Assembly: GCA_965222375.1 (NCBI GenBank)
Contig: CBDCTZ010000013.1
Span: 192,001 to 256,000, forward strand
Direction: 5' to 3'
DNA length: 64,000 nt
DNA from: Polyangiaceae bacterium
GTDB lineage: Bacteria > Myxococcota_A > Polyangia > Polyangiales > Polyangiaceae
The notes under the pieces are model-generated. The model was not told the DNA's origin and ran no database searches. It was given only the letters and a program-made list of their open reading frames with translations. Below are positions 59,915 through 64,000 of this stretch, piece after piece; the stretch's first letter is position 1; each line of letters begins with the position of its first letter. A program made the translations under genes and the position numbers.

Positions 59915-62389
59915 TCAAGCATCCTCGAAGGGCGCGGGCGCCGCGGGCGACTCGGTCACGACTTCGACGAAACTGCCGCGCTTGATCACCTCGCGGCCTT
60001 TGCCACCCCGCGCGGAGAGCTCGTACTTGCCCGCGCCAATGCGCTGCTCACCGCCCATGCTGGTCTTGACGATGATGGCGTCTCGGTCACTGCTCGCCGC
60101 TTTGAATCCGATCAGGCGGTCGTTCTTTCCGAGCTTGATCAGAAGCACGCCCTTGCCGGGTCCAGACAGGTAGTTCACGTCCTGCACACTGCAGAGCAAG
60201 GCGCGCCGCTGAGCGCTCACACCGATCAGCGTTTCGTCGCCAGCTACGGTGCTCACCGCGACGACCTGGGCGCCTTTACTCGGCCGTGCGAAGCGCCGTC
60301 CGGCGCGGGTGCTGGGTTCTGCCAAGGTGGATAGCCCGAAACACAGCGCGTAGCCGTCGCTCGTTGCGGCAGCCGCATAGGTCTCCGGAAAGTAGCCTGG
60401 CTTTTCGCTCAGGTCGCCGACGACTCGCCGGTCCAAAGACGCCATCGCGATGATGCGCTCGCCGTCCTTGAGCTTGAACTGCTTTTGGATCGGTGCCCCA
60501 TAGCCGGTCGTCGCCGAAATGTCGGCAATGCGCGCTGTATAGGCCGTGCCGAAACTCGAGAAGAACACCACCGTCGCCCGGGTGGAGCCAGCCACACAGG
60601 CCAGCACCGCGTCGCCTTCGCGCAAACGCGTCGTCGAGGGATCTTTGATCTCCTTCTGACGTTTGACCCACCCGTCCCGAGTCAACAGCACGTGGTTGTC
60701 CTCAGCGATGATCAGGTCTTCCGCGGTGAGTTCGGGCTCCTCCCCTGCCTCCTCGATCAACGTGCGCCGCTTGTTCCGCTTGGCGTAGGCATGCACCAGC
60801 TCCTGTAGCTCTGCGCGAACAATGCCCCAGCGACCCTTGCTGTCGCGCTCCCCCAAGAGCTTTTTGATCTCTCGCGCTCGCTTCTGCTTCGCGGCGAGCT
60901 CTTTTTGGATGACCAGGATTTCCAGACGCGCCAGGCGGTACAGCTTCAGCTCCAAGATGGCGTCGGTCTGTTCGGCGTCTAGATCGAACCGCGACATGAT
61001 CTTCTTGGCTGCGTCCGCTTTGCCCTCGGACTTGCGGATGATTCTCAGGATTTGGTCGAGGGCGTCGAATACCTTGGCGAAGCCCTTCAAGATGTGAATC
61101 CGAGCTTGCAGCGCCGCGAGTTCGTGGGACAGGCGTCGCGTCACGACCTCTAGGCGGAAGTGAAGGAAGTGCCAGAGAATGCTGGTGAGGTCCAATCGCT
61201 CCGGCCGCCCAACCTCGGGGTTCTCCGTGGGAACCAGGCAGGTCAGGTTCGCGCTGACGTTGATCTGAAGCGGCGTGTGCTTGAAGAGATAGGCAAGGAC
61301 CTTTTGCTCGTCGGCGTCCTTCTTCAGGGACAGTTCGATGCGCACATCGTCTGCGGACACATCGCGGACGTCGAGCAGGAGCGGCATCTTGCGCGAGGTC
61401 ACGACTTCGGCGATCCGCTCGATGAGCTGGCTCTTGTTGACCGTGTACGGAATACTCGTGATGACAATGGCTTTGGCGCCGCGGGTGACGGCGCCTTTCT
61501 CCCAGGTGCCGCGCAACTTCAACGTGCCCTGGCCGGTTTCGTAGATGCGCTTCACATCTTCTGCGCTAGACACGATTTGCCCGCCGGTTGGGAAATCCGG
61601 CCCCTTGACGGTACGCGCGAGTTCTCTAGCGCTCAGGGTCTTCTTTGCTACCAGGGCATCTAGCAGGCGGACCGCGGCTTGGCATACCTCTTCGGGATTG
61701 TGCGGCGGGATGTTGGTGGCCATGCCGACCGCGATCCCCGTGGCACCATTGATGAGCAGGTTCGGCAAGCGCGAGGGTACGACGACCGGCTCGGTCTTGG
61801 TGCCGTCGTAGTTAGGCCGAAAGTGCACCGTGTCTTGCGACAACTCCGCGAGCATCTCCGCAGCCACGGGCTGTAGGCGGCACTCGGTGTAACGCATCGC
61901 GGCAGGGGGATCGCCATCGAGGGAGCCGAAGTTGCCTGAGCCCTCCACCAGCGGAACACGCAGGGCGAAGGGCTGAGCCAAACGCACCAGAGCGTCATAG
62001 ATCGCGGCATCTCCGTGAGGGTGGTAGTTGCCCATCACGTCCCCGACGATCTTGGCGCACTTGCGATGCTTTGCTTCCGCGGTGATGCGCTCCCTCCACA
62101 TCGTGAAGAGAATGCGACGCTGCACCGGCTTGAGCCCATCGCGCACATCCGGCAGGGCGCGACTGGTGATAACGCTGAGCGCGTAGTTCAGGTACTTGCT
62201 CTGCGCGATTTCGTGCAGGGGGGCTTGCTCGGATTTTTCCTCGAACAGTTCGAGGGTGGCGCTGTCCCGGCGCTTGCCTCCGCGGCGCCCGCGGCCTCCG
62301 GAGGAGGCTCGAGGCTTCGGTGACGTCTTGCTTGCGCCACGCTTACGGGGGGAGCCCCCCTTTTTCTTTTTCGATTTCTTCGTAGCCAC
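59915..62389 (-). CDS. parC: Type IIA topoisomerase subunit A (topoisomerase IV ParC-like)
   Basis: [29 protein letters not shown]; no GyrA-box; shorter C-terminal domain; basic N-terminal tail. Confidence 0.8.
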   Translation of the reverse strand: MATKKSKKKKGGSPRKRGASKTSPKPRASSGGRGRRGGKRRDSATLELFEEKSEQAPLHEIAQSKYLNYALSVITSRALPDVRDGLKPVQRRILFTMWRERITAEAKHRKCAKIVGDVMGNYHPHGDAAIYDALVRLAQPFALRVPLVEGSGNFGSLDGDPPAAMRYTECRLQPVAAEMLAELSQDTVHFRPNYDGTKTEPVVVPSRLPNLLINGATGIAVGMATNIPPHNPEEVCQAAVRLLDALVAKKTLSARELARTVKGPDFPTGGQIVSSAEDVKRIYETGQGTLKLRGTWEKGAVTRGAKAIVITSIPYTVNKSQLIERIAEVVTSRKMPLLLDVRDVSADDVRIELSLKKDADEQKVLAYLFKHTPLQINVSANLTCLVPTENPEVGRPERLDLTSILWHFLHFRLEVVTRRLSHELAALQARIHILKGFAKVFDALDQILRIIRKSEGKADAAKKIMSRFDLDAEQTDAILELKLYRLARLEILVIQKELAAKQKRAREIKKLLGERDSKGRWGIVRAELQELVHAYAKRNKRRTLIEEAGEEPELTAEDLIIAEDNHVLLTRDGWVKRQKEIKDPSTTRLREGDAVLACVAGSTRATVVFFSSFGTAYTARIADISATTGYGAPIQKQFKLKDGERIIAMASLDRRVVGDLSEKPGYFPETYAAAATSDGYALCFGLSTLAEPSTRAGRRFARPSKGAQVVAVSTVAGDETLIGVSAQRRALLCSVQDVNYLSGPGKGVLLIKLGKNDRLIGFKAASSDRDAIIVKTSMGGEQRIGAGKYELSARGGKGREVIKRGSFVEVVTESPAAPAPFEDA

Positions 62390-62470
62390 GGCGCGCGCCT
62401 CCGGTAGCGAATAAGGGGGTACGGAGTCAACAAATCCCGCGACAAAGCGTCATCGCCGTCGAGCAAACGC

Positions 62471-63721
62471 CTAGGGAGCGTCTTTCCTCTGCTCCACGAT
62501 GAATTCCAGGCGCTGTTGGGCCTGGGCAGCCAGGCGGTCCGCGCGATGGGAGGCGTCGAAGCTGCTGCGCAGGCGGCCCAGCGCCAAAACCAGCGTCGGA
62601 CGGCCAAACACCGTCACCGGGGTCACGTACACCTCGCCGTCGCCTAGAAGCCTAGAGAGCGGCGCGTGCACGGCGTCTCGGGACAGGGTGCCCAAGTAGT
62701 GGCCACTAGCAAGGGCCGTATCCAAGGCGCGAGACATCCGACGCGGCACGGCAATGTCCCGAACCTGCATGCCCGGATTCGCCGCTCCAGCGAGGGAACG
62801 CCCCAGGAAGCGTTTGGGACGCACGGCTAATACTACGGCGGCACCGGCAGCACTGGTCGCGCCCTCAGCCAAGAGCTGAGCGATTCGCTCTGGATCCGCC
62901 GCTAGAGCGATCTCGGACATGGCAGCTTCGAATACCTCCTCTGGCGCTCCCAAGATCGCGATCGGGGGCGGCTCGTCCTCAGGCTCGATGTGCATGGGCG
63001 GCGGAGGCTTGCTGCGGAACAAGTTGATGACGGGCTCACCTTCGTCGTCCGCGAGCACATCGACAGCGGGCCGCGCCGCGGAACCGACGCCGGGATTCGT
63101 GTCCTTGCGGCGGCGCTTGGCGGCCTCCAAGGTCTTTTTCACCAATGGGATCGGTTGAGACGGCGGCGGCTCGCTTTCGGTGATCTTCGGCACCGGCGTG
63201 ATCGCCTTGGGCGGCAATGAAAAGCGCACCGGGGGGACGCTCTTGCGGCGGGCCAACACCGTGCCGAATGCTGGCGTGTGCCCCCCGGAGCCGGCCTCGA
63301 GCTCGTCGATCCAGTGCTCCAAGGCCGCCGAAAACTGATCCAAGCTGACGCGGAACCTGCGCACAGGCGCATCCAAGTGAAACGAGAGCTCCCGGGCTGC
63401 GTGCACGTCGAAGGGGTCGACCAAGGCGACGCTGACGACCCCGGTGCCCGCGTGGCGGCTGATGGGGAACGCGAGCAAGCGCTGACACAAGCCCGCGGGC
63501 AACAGCTTGGCGAGTTCCCCATCCACGTTGGCGGAATCGAGAAGCTCCAAATCGCTACGAGCGAGTTCCTCGTTCAGCACGGCGGTGACGTCGTGACCCC
63601 GGGCAGCAAGGGCTTGTACCAGCGCTATGCGCTTGTCCACCGCATCGAACAACGCGCTTTCTAGAGTGCGGTTGCTGATATGCTCTGCGAGCAAAAGCTT
63701 CTTCCCGAGCTCCGTGGTCAT
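62471..63721 (-). CDS. GspE/PilB N-terminal (MshEN-like) domain protein without ATPase
   Basis: ELGKKLL...LESAL, LPAGLCQRLLAFP, VALVDPFD; Pro-rich linker; GAF-like C-terminus; no Walker A. Confidence 0.65.
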   Translation of the reverse strand: MTTELGKKLLLAEHISNRTLESALFDAVDKRIALVQALAARGHDVTAVLNEELARSDLELLDSANVDGELAKLLPAGLCQRLLAFPISRHAGTGVVSVALVDPFDVHAARELSFHLDAPVRRFRVSLDQFSAALEHWIDELEAGSGGHTPAFGTVLARRKSVPPVRFSLPPKAITPVPKITESEPPPSQPIPLVKKTLEAAKRRRKDTNPGVGSAARPAVDVLADDEGEPVINLFRSKPPPPMHIEPEDEPPPIAILGAPEEVFEAAMSEIALAADPERIAQLLAEGATSAAGAAVVLAVRPKRFLGRSLAGAANPGMQVRDIAVPRRMSRALDTALASGHYLGTLSRDAVHAPLSRLLGDGEVYVTPVTVFGRPTLVLALGRLRSSFDASHRADRLAAQAQQRLEFIVEQRKDAP

Positions 63722-63802
63722 ATCGGTTTCACCCGCTGGTGCTGCAGCGCACCTCGCAGAGTTGGAGCGGTCCTCCAAGGACCCCATCCAGTCTACGCGA
63801 GT

Positions 63803-64000
63803 CTACTCCCGAAACTGAAACACGACTTCCGTTTGACGAATCAAACCGAGCTCATCGCGGGCCACACGTTCCACCGCAGCCGGATCCCGCTTGATGCGTT
63901 CGACTTCGGCGCGCAATTCCGCGACATCCGACGACAGCTTGCTCACCTCGTGTTCCGCTTTTTGCCGCTCTTCTCGCAACGCCTCCAACCGGCTCAGCCC
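63803..64000 (-). CDS. ftsB: Septum formation initiator FtsB/DivIC (3' part)
   Basis: Coiled coil then DPAAVERVARDELGLIRQTEVVF. Confidence 0.88.
   Translation of the reverse strand, partial: GLSRLEALREERQKAEHEVSKLSSDVAELRAEVERIKRDPAAVERVARDELGLIRQTEVVFQFRE

Overview
GC-rich bacterial chromosome segment. MYXO-CTERM, MglC, many Cys/Gly-rich lipoproteins and a membrane Ser/Thr kinase point to Myxococcota, probably Polyangia (inference). Housekeeping genes are bamA, gyrA-nth, mglC-aroQ-accB-accC-meaB, a second type IIA topoisomerase whose B and A genes lie about 37 kb apart, and ftsB. The window also holds a methylmalonyl-CoA module and a complete but scattered reductive pyrimidine catabolic pathway (preTA, hydA, ureidopropionase, NCS2 permease, class III aminotransferase, mmsA). 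The most notable items are: (1) a 1136-aa DMSO-reductase-family molybdoenzyme fused to an IscS/NifS cysteine desulfurase, ending an acr3-tonB-exbB-GST gene run; (2) a selenoprotein missed by the ORF track (in-frame TGA in a UxxC motif, followed by a SECIS-like hairpin); (3) an intact aconitase homologue lacking its Fe-S and catalytic residues, behind a potentially structured leader; (4) a kinase/ubiquitin-like/BNR-propeller cluster; (5) a 2-kb patch of four gene remnants. I recognised no tRNA, rRNA, CRISPR array or transposase. All family assignments come from motifs read by eye; no searches were run.
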